This document shows positions 40,438 through 55,618 of a stretch of DNA of 64,000 nt, piece after piece. Under the pieces are notes generated by a model. That model saw only the letters and a list, made by a program, of their open reading frames with translations. It ran no database searches and had not been told where the DNA came from. How positions within the stretch are numbered: the first letter of the stretch is position 1; every line of letters begins with the position of its first letter. The stretch lies in the NCBI RefSeq assembly GCF_009914755.1, contig NC_060927.1; one strand, written 5' to 3'. This stretch comes from the human T2T-CHM13v2.0 reference genome, Homo sapiens. The translations under genes were made by a program, and so were the position numbers.

Positions 40438-41523
40438 ATATTTTGACATACTATATTTCACCATAAGAAAGTGAATATATTAAATTTACATCTATTTCAA
40501 CAAATGTTATGTTCAACAATTTCATGAAGTTCAAGACAATACCAATTACCAGTCATTGCAGGCGATAAGAAAAGACATAGGCCCTGTCCTCAAGGTGCTT
40601 TTGTTGCTATATAAATTGAGATGGGCAGATGACAGAAAGATAGATAGATAAATAGATAAAGAAAATATGTAGTATCATTCATAATCATGGAGGAAAATTT
40701 TAAATTTTCTAAGACTGAGAAAGGATATGCTTTATATTAAAATCCATTAGCCAAATAAAAATTTTAATAGCAATTATTTTCATAATCGTTATTTCAAAAA
40801 TAAACATTTCCAAAATCAGGTGAGTTAAAATATTATGATAAATATTCTTTCAAAATTATCGTTTGTAATTAAACATGGAATTTTATATAAATACATTATC
40901 TATACATTTTAAACCTTATGTTTCTATTTTAATCCAAGATTAAATTAGATTGGAAGCTGGATTATGTGATTTAGTTTCTTATTGCTTTCTATTTTGTGAC
41001 TACAATTCAGAAGTGGGTAGAAAAACAAATATCCAATAAATATTTTTGACTAATTATGAACTAATTATTTATGATAATGTTTAAAAATGTAGCATCCACC
41101 TTATTTGAAACAATTCATAAAATATCAGGAAACAAAGAAGGGGAAATGAAAATTCAATCAAACAAATAAATATCAACCTAAACTAGCCACAAGATTCATT
41201 TCACTTTTTTGTTCTTAACCTTAATGAGTCTGAGCAGGAGTTAGTTTTTTTGTCACATAAGGACCAGGAAAGTCCTTGCTTTTAAACTGAAGTCAAAGAA
41301 CGTTAAGATACTTCCTGTTACAAAGTATTTGATAACATAGCCAGTGTGTTATTTTGTTTCAGCCTTGTATCCATTTGCCACATATCTTTGTCTTGAGTGC
41401 TTAGGACTAAAGTGTGTATAGTCAGTCTTGTTACAAAATTCAATATGTGAGATTTTAACCAATAAAGATATATCTTTAAGAAATAGGAACGTATCTTAAT
41501 TGTACATTTGAAATGCTTCCCAG

Positions 41524-41733
41524 AAACACGATGCCCAGTTTACTGTCATTCAGCTAGTGGGGATGCTTCGAGGGATAGCATCTGGCATGAAGTACCTGTC
41601 AGACATGGGCTATGTTCACCGAGACCTCGCTGCTCGGAACATCTTGATCAACAGTAACTTGGTGTGTAAGGTTTCTGATTTCGGACTTTCGCGTGTCCTG
41701 GAGGATGACCCAGAAGCTGCTTATACAACAAGA
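41524..41733 (+). CDS. EPHA3: EPHA3 coding exon 13 (catalytic loop [11 protein letters not shown], activation-loop Tyr)
   Basis: Acceptor ttcccag ending 41523, donor AGA|gtgagt at 41734; 210 nt. Confidence 0.98.
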
Positions 41734-42739
41734 GTGAGTAACTTAGATTTTCTCCTTTTTTATCATTGTTTTCCATCTTGTATCATGTTGATTTGTAAAT
41801 AAGTAGAAATCATGACCCAAAACGTGTTGTCAATTATGCTTTCCACAATAGAAAACATATCTTAAAATTAAAATATTATTATTTATTCTGGGTAAATAGA
41901 TGGTCACTGTTTAACATTTAATGATTTTAACTCTGAAATTCTATACCTCAGTTTAATGTTCCCCACCAAAAGCAGCAAGATTCTCACATTCCTCAAATCT
42001 TGATATTTTTAAATGTACCCATCTTTTCACCATGGTTGAGTCACCCTGAGCTAGCAGATTGGATAAATTCTAAGGACCTTATCCCAGTACATATCATTTT
42101 AAAGCACTTTCAAATCAATTTTTTAATAAGTAATACCTATTTATACTGTAAAAATGTCAAAACAGACCTATAAAGAAAAGTTGTCCATAATTGTGCCATC
42201 CACAGACAACATTTATAAGATTGTGAGTCAATTCTTACAAATTTTTCTTCATACTCATATGTACAAACTTGTTCATGAATATATTATTTAAATACAATTA
42301 TTCATAATACAATTGTATGCCATTTCTCTCCTTACCAATACACTTCTTGAATATATTTCATTGTCAATAAATAATCTTTAAATTTTTACATGTAGTAGGT
42401 TGCTGTATTCTATATTGTTGTATCTTTTTTAAAGCAAACCCTAATTAGTGAGCAAATTATTATTATATTTAATTTTTCCATATTTTATACCAATGTATGT
42501 GATCTGCCTGCATTCATAATTGTTATGAGCCTCATGATTTTCTAATGATACATTCCTAAAAATGAATGTTTTGTGTCAAAGATTACGTGAATATTTTAAA
42601 AGCACACTTTACTACACTCTTGATAAAACTAGGTATTTTCATTAATTTTACTATTATCAGTTAGGATAAATTGAATGTATATGTTTTAATTTGCATCCAT
42701 TTAATTCAAAATGCATTTGAATTTTTTGTGAGCTTTTCT

Positions 42740-42955
42740 GTTGTTGTTTTGTTTTGTGTTTGTTTTTTGTTTTTTAGGCAGGGTCTCACTCTGTCACCCA
42801 GGCTGGAGTGCAGTGGCACAATTACGACTCATTGTAGCAGCCTCAAACTCCTGGCCTCAAGTGATTCTCCCGGGCTCAAGTGATCCTCCCTCCTCAGCCT
42901 GCTGAGTAGCTGGGATTACAGGCATGGACCACCAGCCCCAGCTAATTTTTAAGTT
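42740..42955 (-). mobile_element. Alu fragment (AluJ-like right arm)
   Basis: cagggtctcactctgtcacccaggctggagtgcagtgg...cagctaattttt. Confidence 0.88.
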
Positions 42956-44579
42956 TTTCTTTAAAGAAAATTATTTCCATGGTAGAAATTTAGAAAATAT
43001 AGATAAAAAACAAGTAAATGTCTAATAATCATTACTATTAATACTACACAAACATAATTATTAGCATTTTAAATTTAGCCTTTCGATTTTTTTAAATAAA
43101 TTTTCACAAATAAATAACTCCTCTTTTGGCATAAAGTTACAAAAATGGGATTATACTTTATATACTGATATATAAAATGATTTCAACATACCGATAATTT
43201 AGGCACTTTACTTATATATAAATCAATGCCATTTTGTTTTCTGCCCTGTTTTAACTTAAAAATATAAAATACATAAGTTTCCAGATGATTAAATATTTTT
43301 ACAATATTCAATAATGTCTAATACTCTATTCATATACATAATTTAATTAAATAAAGCACTATTAATTGGGCAGAATTACAATATTTTCATATTATGAGTG
43401 ATACTTTGATGTCATGATATCTATTTTGTGTCTGTCCATGATTACCTCCTTGGGATATTTCTATAGAATTAACATTACAGGATCAAAACGTATACAAGTA
43501 TGTGAGAATTTTTGGCGTATATATTGCCCAATTGTCTTTGCTGTAGTTTGTTATCAATTTTCTCTCCTAATGGCAGTATCTTTCTCCATATTCTCATCAG
43601 CTAAGAGAATAGGTGGTTCCAAAGATGGTAGTCTTCTGCTGTTTCTTATTATCTAATTTTAAAAGTTTATTCCCGATTAAAAAAAAAAGCTCATCCTATT
43701 TGCAAATCACTCGAGAACTCCAATAATCAAAATTGTCACATGGCATGCATATCATGCTATAATAAAGAACCTAATATGCCAGATAGCATTTCATCCACAA
43801 GTAAAGCCGCAATAATAGAACCACTGAATAATAATGACACAATGCTGTTGGGATATTTCTAGATGCATTGATATAGGAGGTAGGACTCTCCCAATGGCTT
43901 TTAATAATAAACCCTTTTGTTTTTCCAATTTTCAAATATACTCTGTAGTGCATTTACTTTGTTCATGAATCTAAATTTTTTTTTAATCTGAGTATTTTTT
44001 AAAAAGTCCTTAGACACTTAAAATGTGTCCTACATAAAAATGTTGTTCTTAACAAACACAATTCAAATGGATAAGAGCATGACAAATTAAGACAAATTTC
44101 TTATCTTGTAGCTAGTTGAATTAAATTTACAAGTGACTACAATTATATAGCTCTGAACATGATGAAATTGCCAAACATGGGATCAATACCTCAACAGTGC
44201 TTTTTAGTTCTCCTTCTCTGATCACCAGAAAAATTAGTCAGCCAATGTATCTGCAACAAAGCATCATTTTAATAACTGAGCTACCAATTCAGTAGACACT
44301 ATATGCAGCAAGTGATACTTAACAGTCTTAGGGAATGTATTTCATTCTACTCACTTCTACTCTTTTTCTAAGGCTATCCCTCTTAACCTGTCATGACATA
44401 AGTACTTCTAAGAGTCCATGAAAAGTATCATGCTTACTTATATTGTCCGTGTTACAACAATCATATTATGCCAGAAAAATACTTTTAGGTTAAATAAAAA
44501 CTATTTGATAAAAAAATTATTTGAAATGTTAAATTTCTGGTTATTCAGTCAGGTTCTAATTTCTATGCCATATTAAATT

Positions 44580-44892
44580 ATTTATTTATTTATTTATTTA
44601 TTAATTTTTGAGACAGAGCCTCACGTTGTCTCCCATGCTGGAGTGCAGTGGCGCAGTGTCGGTTCACTGCAACCTCTGCCTCCCAGATTCAAGCAACTCT
44701 CATGCCTCAGCCTCACAAGTAGTTTGGATAACAGTGGCTTGCCACCACGCCTGGCTAATTTTTGTATTTTTAGTACAGACGGGGTTACTCCATGTTGGCC
44801 AGTCTAGTCTCAAACTGCTGATCTCAGGTGATCCACCTGCCTCAGCCTCTGAAAGTGCTGGGATTACAGGCGTGAGCCACTGTTACCAGCCC
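44580..44892 (-). mobile_element. Alu SINE (AluS-like)
   Basis: Reverse Alu; TSD catattaaattatt. Confidence 0.94.
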
Positions 44893-45691
44893 CATATTAA
44901 ATTATTATGTGAGAGCATCTCTGTCCCCATAAGTAGGCTTGATTGCCAGGATACTCAAAAGAATAGTTTCTCTGGCAGGAATTGGAAACATTTGTCCAAC
45001 TTTAGATGATTCATACTCTGGAGAACACAGGGGGTTAACTCTAAATGTTTCCTTTACACTGATTGTTGTTTTGTCAGGGCCTCTTTAGTGTTAGAAGAAA
45101 AGTGTCGTATGGAAATTGCTCTTTAACATTTCTGAAATAAAAGTGAAACAGGCTCTTTGCATTTCTGTTCCAGTCACTGAAGATTCTTAAAAACACACTG
45201 AACAAATAGGCTCATTCACCACCAATAAATAGCTGTTTCGAGTTCTTCAGGGTTCATCTTTGTATTTCCTTGGAACTCCCTCAAAATATCCATGGGAGTC
45301 CTGGCTTTCTTCCGAGAAGCTGTAATTTGCATGTGCGTTTCTAGAGTAATTTAAACATCATTGATTTAATCTCTCATAATAGGCCTTATTGAGTACAATA
45401 AGTTTATAGTTTACTCTAAATATGAGGTATGGTTATGAAGTAATAAGAAGACTTCAATTTTTTAAAAAAACAAATATACCAAACAGCTAAATGAGGCAGC
45501 ATTCTAAGTTTTCCTTTTGGAAATAAATATATACTTACTCCAGGAATGCTGATATTGCACAAAATGTTTTGGGAATTTCTCTTTTGGAATTATATTTAAA
45601 GCTAAATTATAACTGATGCATTAATCAAACATTTTTAAGCAGGTAGTATTTTGGGATATAGGCTTGACTAAGATAAAATCTGGTCTCGATA

Positions 45692-46550
<859 letters not shown>

Positions 46551-48408
46551 TACTATTACATTTTTGTGTATATATTGTCTGTTTGTCAACCCAAAGCAAT
46601 ATACCCAGCTTAGACATCTGTCTTGTTTATTTGATTTAGTGTGCTCTGATTATTGTTATTTCAGAAAAACAAGTTCATCATTCAAAACAATTTGCTGAGG
46701 CATTCCTTTTGGATAAGAGATCCTGGTTAATCTGCATTAAAAAGTCAGTCACATTAATAAAGTTTAACGCAGTTCATCTAGTGTCTGAAGTTTCTACAAT
46801 TTGGAGATTAACATTTGGTGCCTCAATGCAATGACCCTTTCCTGGTTGCTCCTCTGAAAGTTACTGCCTGTAGGTAGAGCGTAGTTGCACTGAAGAGTCA
46901 TGAAGGACATTTGAATCAATGTCAGTGGAAAAGAATACTGAACATAGAATGTCTGTCGCTCTTGTTTTAAAACATCTCTGTGAGTGACAGGCAGAATAGA
47001 GGAATGTATAGAAATTATATAATCTAATTATGTATTTAAAACTTCTTAAACTTTGAAGAGTATTTGAGGAGTTGAGGAAACACCTAAGCTCAAAACTTAA
47101 TTTATCAGACAGTCAAAGATATTTTCTCACACTGTGTTCTATACTGTCTTAGGTGTATCACAAGCTTTCCTTCCTTATGTTCTCGACAGCATGCCGGATA
47201 TGAAAGGGTCAGCTAAGATAGTACTATACATTTTTATGTTTATTTTCTCTTTTACATAAGGATATTGTGTAAGGAATCAGATTTTTTTCCCCAATACTCA
47301 CTTGTTGTTATTTCTTCTCATTTCTTACTGCTGTGTTACGCAGAAATTGCAAATGTTGATATTTTCCATTATACAATGTTATTATGCATCCTGTAAAACT
47401 CCACTGTACTCTCATGGGATGTTCAGAATGAATAAGGCTATGAAGTTTCAGTATTATTATGAAAATAGTTTCTATCTTGTGGACCCCTAAAATGCTCTTG
47501 GGGACCCACATACATGCTCGGATGACAGATTGAAAGCCACTGTTATAGATACTTTACTAGGAAAAAAGTTCCTTAATAACTAAATGAATATTTTTGCCGT
47601 TATTCACTGATATAAATCTAAATTATGGCATAGTTTTATGTGATATAATATATTTTAAAGAAGTAGCTTTGAAAGCAGAACTGCAGCTGCATACCAAAGT
47701 TTGCAAATCATCTTGAAAGTCCCTGGATTTCGTTTGGGATGGATATGATTAGACCATTTAGCTCCACAAATTTAAATCATCAAAGAAGTTTTGTGTCTGA
47801 AAAAAAAAACAGAAAAATTAATTCCTTTCCTCTGGTTTCTCATCATGTGACTTTGAAAGTATAATTATAACATGTTTGTTATATTTTTGCCCTGGTCTAC
47901 TAATTTACTTCATTCTAACAGAATCATGACACTATTGTAGAACAGTTTGCCACTGAATGATTTTTCAATTTTTGCTTCTATGAAATTTTATCTTTAACTG
48001 GTTAGTATTTTTGTATATATGCATTCATGCATCTATATAGATGAATATTTCTATATTCATATGTTGAAATACATGGAATCCAAAATTCCAAAATGGTAGT
48101 GTTTAATTTTCTGTTTTATACAGGATCAAGTTACTGAAAGCACAGACTTTTATCTTATTTAGATGCTGGGTAAGCCATCACTTCAATTCTTCCTATGTCC
48201 TTAAGTTCATTTTGGGAGCATAATTACCACATAAACTGAGTTGGAAAGTTTGAGAAAACAAATTGAATTGTCCTTGGCTATATTCTCCATTATTCGATTT
48301 TTTTCTTTTCATTTCTATTCTGAAGTTGCCTACTTAGTAAGTACTAACTAGATTTTGTTACAACATTTTATTTTACATAATAATTTATTTGGCTTTTTAG
48401 ATCTGTGA

Positions 48409-48784
<376 letters not shown>

Positions 48785-49693
48785 TGTTTGATTTCATTTT
48801 AAGGATAAGGCAAAAAAAGAAAAGTGGCTAAGCAAGTGGTTAAAAGCTAAGAGGTTAAATATTTCCTTTCAGGTAACTCCAATCTAAGAACATAAATAAC
48901 AGAAAACAGGAGCCTTTGTTCTGTAACATTTTCAAGAACCAAAAAAACCATGCTTATCAAAATTGGTATAATACAAAAGACACATATTAATTTGATAAGT
49001 AATATATGTCGCATGTCATTTATACCTAAATGAAAAAGGTAATAACAAAATATCTAATTTGTGTCCTTCATATAGTAACAGTATTTTAAACTGTGAACCA
49101 AAAAAAGTCAACTACGAATTTATTGCCTCCCCTTATGATCAATATGAATATGCCTGCATGTAGCATCAGAAAATACAGCCACTTATTCAATAACTAGAAA
49201 ACTCTCAAAGGTTCAGTGATTTTAATAATTAATGTTGAATCGACACTTAATGAAAAGTCTAGTACTTTCTACCCATCTATTTCAGAGAGATGAGTAGCAT
49301 GAACATTTAAACATGTAAAAAACAACTATCCAGGTTTATGTGGTGAAAAATTACAACTATAATTGTGAAGTGGAACACAGGAGCACACAAGTAAAGGCAG
49401 AAAAGTAAAATGAGGAATGCAGGCAGTCTGTAGAGAATGCAATTTTATATAGGATCGTCAGAGAAATTGGTAAAATGACACTAGAGCAGAAAATGGGTTT
49501 GAATGAAGGAGCAAATACTGAGGCTAAAGAAACATTAATTTTGCTTTCACTAATTTTCAATTGAATAGAATAATTTTAATAATTGCACTGATTCCAAGAG
49601 GCCCACCTTGCAGGAAGACAATGTAAGTCATTAGATTAATTATTTAGCTCAGACTAAATGTCAAGCTAATAGTAACTAGTCCTCTTTTTCTAT

Positions 49694-49835
49694 TGGTGAT
49701 GCATGCCTTTAGTCCCAGCTACTCAGGAGGCTGACGTGGGAGGGTCGCTTGAGCCCAGGAGGTCAGGGCTGCAGTGAGCCTTGATTATGCCATTGCACTT
49801 TAGGCTGGGGCAACAGAGTGAGATTTTATCTCAAA
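49694..49835 (+). mobile_element. Alu right-arm monomer fragment (FRAM/AluJ-like)
   Basis: gtcccagctactcaggaggctga...gcaacagagtgaga. Confidence 0.85.
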
Positions 49836-50096
49836 ACAATTATTAGAATGAATTTAGTATTATTTCTATCATTTCAATTGCAAATTGTCAGTATCCCCTG
49901 CTACGTTTCTACTAATTTACCATCGCTTCTTCAAAAAATTGTGTTCAGAGTGCTACAATTTCAGACTTTGAAATGAATCACTATAACTTTTAAAAATTAG
50001 AGATTTTAAAAACTGGAGATTGAATATATATAAAAAATACAAAATTTGACATTTAAAACCTCATTGAACTTTTAAAAAAGCCAGACTCATATTAAG

Positions 50097-50097
<1 letters not shown>

Positions 50098-50138
<41 letters not shown>

Positions 50139-50152
50139 GTATGTATGTATAT
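50098..50152. repeat. Compound (CA)n(TA)n(TATG)n microsatellite
   Basis: Direct reading. Confidence 0.9.
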
Positions 50153-52798
50153 AGACTTACTCCCCGATGTTTGCATTATTTTTGTAGAAGATAGATATCA
50201 TACATCAGATTACTTAGTTTTTACACTGTTTCATGAGAGTCCGAAAGTAACATAAGCATTATGAGTTTGTTTTTTATTTCCTGGTTAGCCATTATAATAA
50301 TTTGGAATATGGAGATTTTCCTGTATTTCAAGTAATGCTTAATCATTTCACATGATGTTGAAAGATCTCAAAAGTTCGAAGAATGAGGTTTTGCTACCTA
50401 AAGGATCATTTATCTCTGATCTCTTGTGGCAATCAACATTTGCTGAAACTATTCTCTCAGTGGCGCTGAGATTTGAACTGCTGGGGATAAGACTAGATGC
50501 TTCCTTTGGGAGCCTTCTTGGATCACCCTTCACCTTGTTGTCTGCAGTGAATGAATTTTAGTCCTTGACAATACATAGATGCTAAATCTTTTAGCCAAAT
50601 AATTTATCTCTATAGTTCCACTTTTAACCTGAGAAGCTAATATTTCCCTCCAGGTTAAATACTCAATTACTTGGGTTTACTCAGATAAACTCTCCAAAGT
50701 CCTTTGTCACTCTAAATATGACCTGACAAAGCTCAAAAACAGGAAATGTGAATTATAACCAGCAAACCTTTCCTAAATTGGCAGGCAGAGATTTGTACAT
50801 ATAATTACAGAAACATTTGGCAGCTATGTGATATTATGCCTCAATACCCAGAAATTTCAGCAATTACACTCCTTCTCTTTAGAAATCAGAACTTGAAGCC
50901 CCGTAACCCATACCGCATGAGCTGACTTCAGTTAAGCTCCTGAAAAATTCAGGCTTTTAGCCACATGTCTCATTGAACTGTCTAAATTCATCGAGCTTAG
51001 GGAACTGAATTGCAGAATCTTTCAAGAACAGGGTTACCGTGTGATTCCTCATCTAACTGCTGTATCTAGGCAAAGTGGACAAGGTTTTAGACTCTCAACT
51101 AATCCTGGAGTGGAGTTTAGCAGTTATGTAGTGCCTTTTTCCAGAGAATCACTAGCATCTTTACCTGTAGCACTTTATTCATCTCCTTTACCTTTTCTGT
51201 AAAACTCTATAGACGTAAATCGAGGTGACACCCATGTGGATATGCAATTTATTCCAAAGTTAGTCTTTCTTTAAGAGTCCAAAATAATTAACATTGAAAA
51301 TGTCAGCATCCTTGATACTCATGTAGGTTTAAGATAGAAAGTTCAAAGAGCTATGGTCATAAGTCAGCAAAGCTGTTAAGCTGTTAGATAAAACTGAATG
51401 TAAAGTCAAATTTTATATAGTCCATGACCCTGTTTTTGAATGACAAGACAGCTGTGCAGAGAGGTTAAGACACCTGGCTAAAATTAAACAGGAAGGTCAA
51501 AACTGAGGCCAGAAACCAAGACTCCTGATTCTTATTAAACTTCAGAATCCAAATGGAGCAAATGACTAAACTTACCCTGTACCTCCAGTTATTTAGCTAT
51601 ACATAGATGAGAAGTCAGCACTTGGAGGAACTGGCTGAAGGTTTGGCACTGGAGATGTAAGGAGCAAACATTAGCTTCTGATTCTGTTAAGTTTGAATTG
51701 GAAGTCTTTCTGAAATTGAGGTTTTAGATACACTCCATATGCTATGATTCTGGGCTTGCTCCAAGCAACTGGAAGCTTTTCTGAAATACATAAATATATC
51801 TTGGGAGCTTACATTAGGATATAGAGACCAGTAAAAGTAAATGCTTCATTTTAAATGTTTAAATATGGTTAAAAAACACATCTTCATAAATAATTGTTAT
51901 AGTGACTAGCTGAGCTTTTATAATATTCTAAATGCCTAGTGTGGCACATCCCTCTAAAGCATCTACATTTTAAAAATGTCCTTCACATATATAAGCTAGG
52001 AAAGCAATTTCTAAACCAGAAAAAAATAACACTCATGCAATATGAGCTTGAATTTGTTAAGGTGGGAGGTGAGAAGGGAAGAGGAATTTTTGTGGTCACA
52101 ATCAAGAACAGAAATATGCATACGCTCTGTGATGAATTACTTGTAGGAAACTTAGACTCCTATATATTCAATTTATTTTAGTTTGATAGTCTCAGAACTA
52201 CAGATCCTCAGCTTAAATGCAGCAAGTCTTATTGTAAAGTGTGACTCAGTTAAAATTTATTGCCCCAGCTTCTTCTTTTAACCATATTTCAGAACCAAAT
52301 TGGGCCCTCAAGGACTCTTATTCGTGTCTCTCTATGCCAATAATGTTTACGTTTTTGTAGCTGTAGACAGTGTTTGCTGTTGGAGCAAGCACTTGTATCT
52401 TACTAAAATGCTTGGTTACTTATACCTCCATTTAATAAAAAAATTGATGCTTAATTTATAAAGTTAATTTAAGTTTTACTAGCAAACTTAAATTAACAGG
52501 AAGTTATCCTAAAAAAGAAAAAGAAAAGGAAGGAAGATAGGAAAAAAGAAGAAAGGAGAAAATAAAATAAAACATAAAAAAATTCCAGAAGGGATATTAT
52601 TACATCATCAAAACCCAAGTATTAGGAGATTGGCTCTGGTGAACTTGACCCCTGTTTTTCTATTAGTAAAGGTATAGCCTGTGACAGGGGTATAAAATAT
52701 CCCTAGAAAGTTGATTTCACTTAGTCAATATAAAATCCCACATAATTTGTAGACCTCATGTGGATTACTTTCCCTTGATGATTGTACAACATTTAAAG

Positions 52799-53010
52799 CA
52801 GTAGTTCGCAAATGGGGATGATTTTGTTCCCCAGAAGATACTTGGTATTGTCTAGAGGCATTTTTGGCTGTCACAACTGGGGAGATGCTAATGTAATCTA
52901 GATGACAGCGGCAGAAGTGCTGCTAGATATCCTACAACGCACAGGACAGCCGTCACAGCAAAGAATGATCTCGGGTGAAAGGTCAACAGTGCCCTTCTAG
53001 AGAAACCTTG
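52799..53010. mobile_element. MER20 hAT-Charlie DNA transposon fossil
   Basis: cagtagttcgcaaatgggg...catttttggctgtcacaactgggg...catcctacaa-like...gagaaaccttg. Confidence 0.85.
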
Positions 53011-55354
53011 CCTACAAGGTTCCCATCATGTGCAAAGAATGGGAGTGGGGATCAAATGTTTCTCTCAGGTACTTTCTATTTTTTCCTGTCCATATTGGAC
53101 TGCAAGATGCATGGGACAATATAGACTACACCATTTGTGAAAAAATGTGCAACAGACTAGCCATCTGTTATCAGGCCTCCTAGAATGTGAAACTTCAAGC
53201 TATCACAAACATAATGCAACAAATCATAAGTCTTGTGTGCCTGTTAAAATTTCATTTTCATTTGGTTTCAATTAAACACTTAAATTACTTACCACCCTCC
53301 ACCCCAGGCTCTAAATTTCAAACATAGCCACTTTAGTTGTGATGTTCTATTTTCATTTTATTAAGACATCATGGAGTAAAATCATACATAGATGTATATC
53401 TCTAGAAGATAAATATATCAGATATTTTAGTCAGTATATAAGTCTTACCCTTGTGTAATTTTTTTAATGTTTTAACATTTTACTTAGCCTCATTCTACAA
53501 AGGGGTAACGTCCATGTGTGTAGACTAAAATTATTTTTTAATTAATTGTATTTTTAGGTTGGTGAAGTAGCTACAACATTAATATTGAAGCAGTTGATGT
53601 AGAATGTGTATTGTTTATGGAGTCAAATGAAAATCTTTATAGCATTCTACGAACTCTAAAACACATAATCCATACAACATCCTGTGACATATTTTTGTAA
53701 TTCTACAGATACTCTAAAAAAGTTGATGCTCAGTGAATCTTATACTAACTATCGTTGTGGAGTTCTTAAAATGTATTAATGTAACAACACTATTAAATAG
53801 TAGCATAAGAAAAAAGAGGACATTAGAAAGCAGTATGATTTAAGAAAATAAACTATTATGTTTATATTGGCTCATTCACATTCACATATATTATGAAAAA
53901 CTAGATTTAACTCATTATCAACTGAAAATGAACTGCACCTTTAAAATGCACAAAATTATCAGAAATCTTTAGAAAAATCTACTTTCCCAGGTCCACAAAA
54001 TAAATCATTATTCTCACTTGACAGAACAACGTGCTTTTTTGCAAGCAACAAAGTTTTGTAAACAGCAGAGGTAGAAAATAAGACATACTTTAAACTGGGG
54101 GAATACAGTGGTGAAGGGGGCCAGGTGGTTATTCCTCTGGACATCCCAGATTAGGCAGGATAATAAAGCAGTAGAAAGATCACAGAGGATGGAATGACCA
54201 ACTCTTGCTGGAAGACTCCTAAATGTTCACCCAAAGAGTTTACATTTGACCAAGATGTTCAGATAAGAACTTTACCCAGTTACAGAAAAAAGGAAAAAAA
54301 GCCTCCCAAAAAGAAAGACCATGTATTTGGGAAGATAGCATGCTCACAGGGGGAATTCAATTAAGATCAGTGAGCATCTGTTGAATGCCTGCACTGCACA
54401 TTTGCCAAGATAATACCAAGATAATACTACAGAGAGCAAGAAAACTGCTCTCTGTAGTGAATGTGTATTGTTTATGGAGAACATAGTTTCATGTGAGTTA
54501 ATACTCCTTATCTTCAGCTTTATAATCTATTCAGTTTTTCATAAGCTTATGATTTGAAATAATGGTTCGGGTTTACTATTTTTATTTGTTGCAATTGATA
54601 TGACAGGCACTACTGCTACTACTTTTACTAGTGTAGAACATAAAGAGTTTGAAACTACAATGAAGAATTTAAAGAGTTTATGAGAATGTATGTATCTATC
54701 TTTTCTTAAATTCCATAATAATTTTGCTCGTTTGAAATTTCACCTGTAGTTTGATTTTTTTTTTACTTCAAATTAAATGTGTACAATGTTGGTTTATTAT
54801 TCTTTTATTTTTAAAGCCAGAGCAATTTGATATTATTTGCTTGCCATAGAATAAGATAATTTTTAAAAATTTCTTTTTATCTGATTTAGTATTAATTGCT
54901 AAATTTGAATTGTACTTTGTAGTTAACAGTGAGCTTTCCCTTGTAGCATCTTTTAATAAATTTGTTATATTGACAGTAAATGTAACAATTAAAGGGAATT
55001 GAAAGGAAGGAACAGGCATAACATTTATTGAATGCTCTATTAAGGAGCAGACACTTTTTAAATGGCTTTATATATATTATAAATTCATGACAAATGACAA
55101 AATTTTCTAAATAATAATATATAATTCTCAATCATCTTTATTCTCTTCCTGTTTCCCTCAATGATGGATGGCATCATTTACAATATGGTTAGATAGAAAA
55201 GAGATAAGAGTCTTGAATCTGTGATTATTTCATTATTGGAGCTAAACTAATCCGTCTAATAAGCTACCTATTAGCAGATAATGGAAATTCTCTAATGAAA
55301 AGGCTAAATGTTTCATGAATATTGAATACATTCTGGGCTAAACAGCTAACTCTT

Positions 55355-55618
55355 GGCCAGGTGCGATGGCTCACACCTGTGTAACACCAGCACTTTGGTA
55401 GGTGGAGGTGGGAAAATGACTTGAGGCCAAGAGTTAGAGACTAGCCTGACCAACATGGCAAAACCTTGTCTCTATCAAAAATCCAAATATTAGCCAGGCT
55501 TGGTGGCGCACACCTCTAATCCCAGCTACTAAGGAGGCTGAGGCACAAGAATTGCTTGAGCCTGAGAGGGGGAGGTTGCAGTGAGCCGAGAACGCACTGC
55601 ACCACCGCATTCCAGACC
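55355..55618 (+). mobile_element. Alu SINE, 3'-truncated (no A tail)
   Basis: Alu consensus ends abruptly at cattccagacc. Confidence 0.9.

Noticed and set aside
50348-50561. Overlapping ORFs on both strands suggesting a processed-pseudogene fragment
   Set aside because: No recognisable protein similarity, poly(A) tail or TSD
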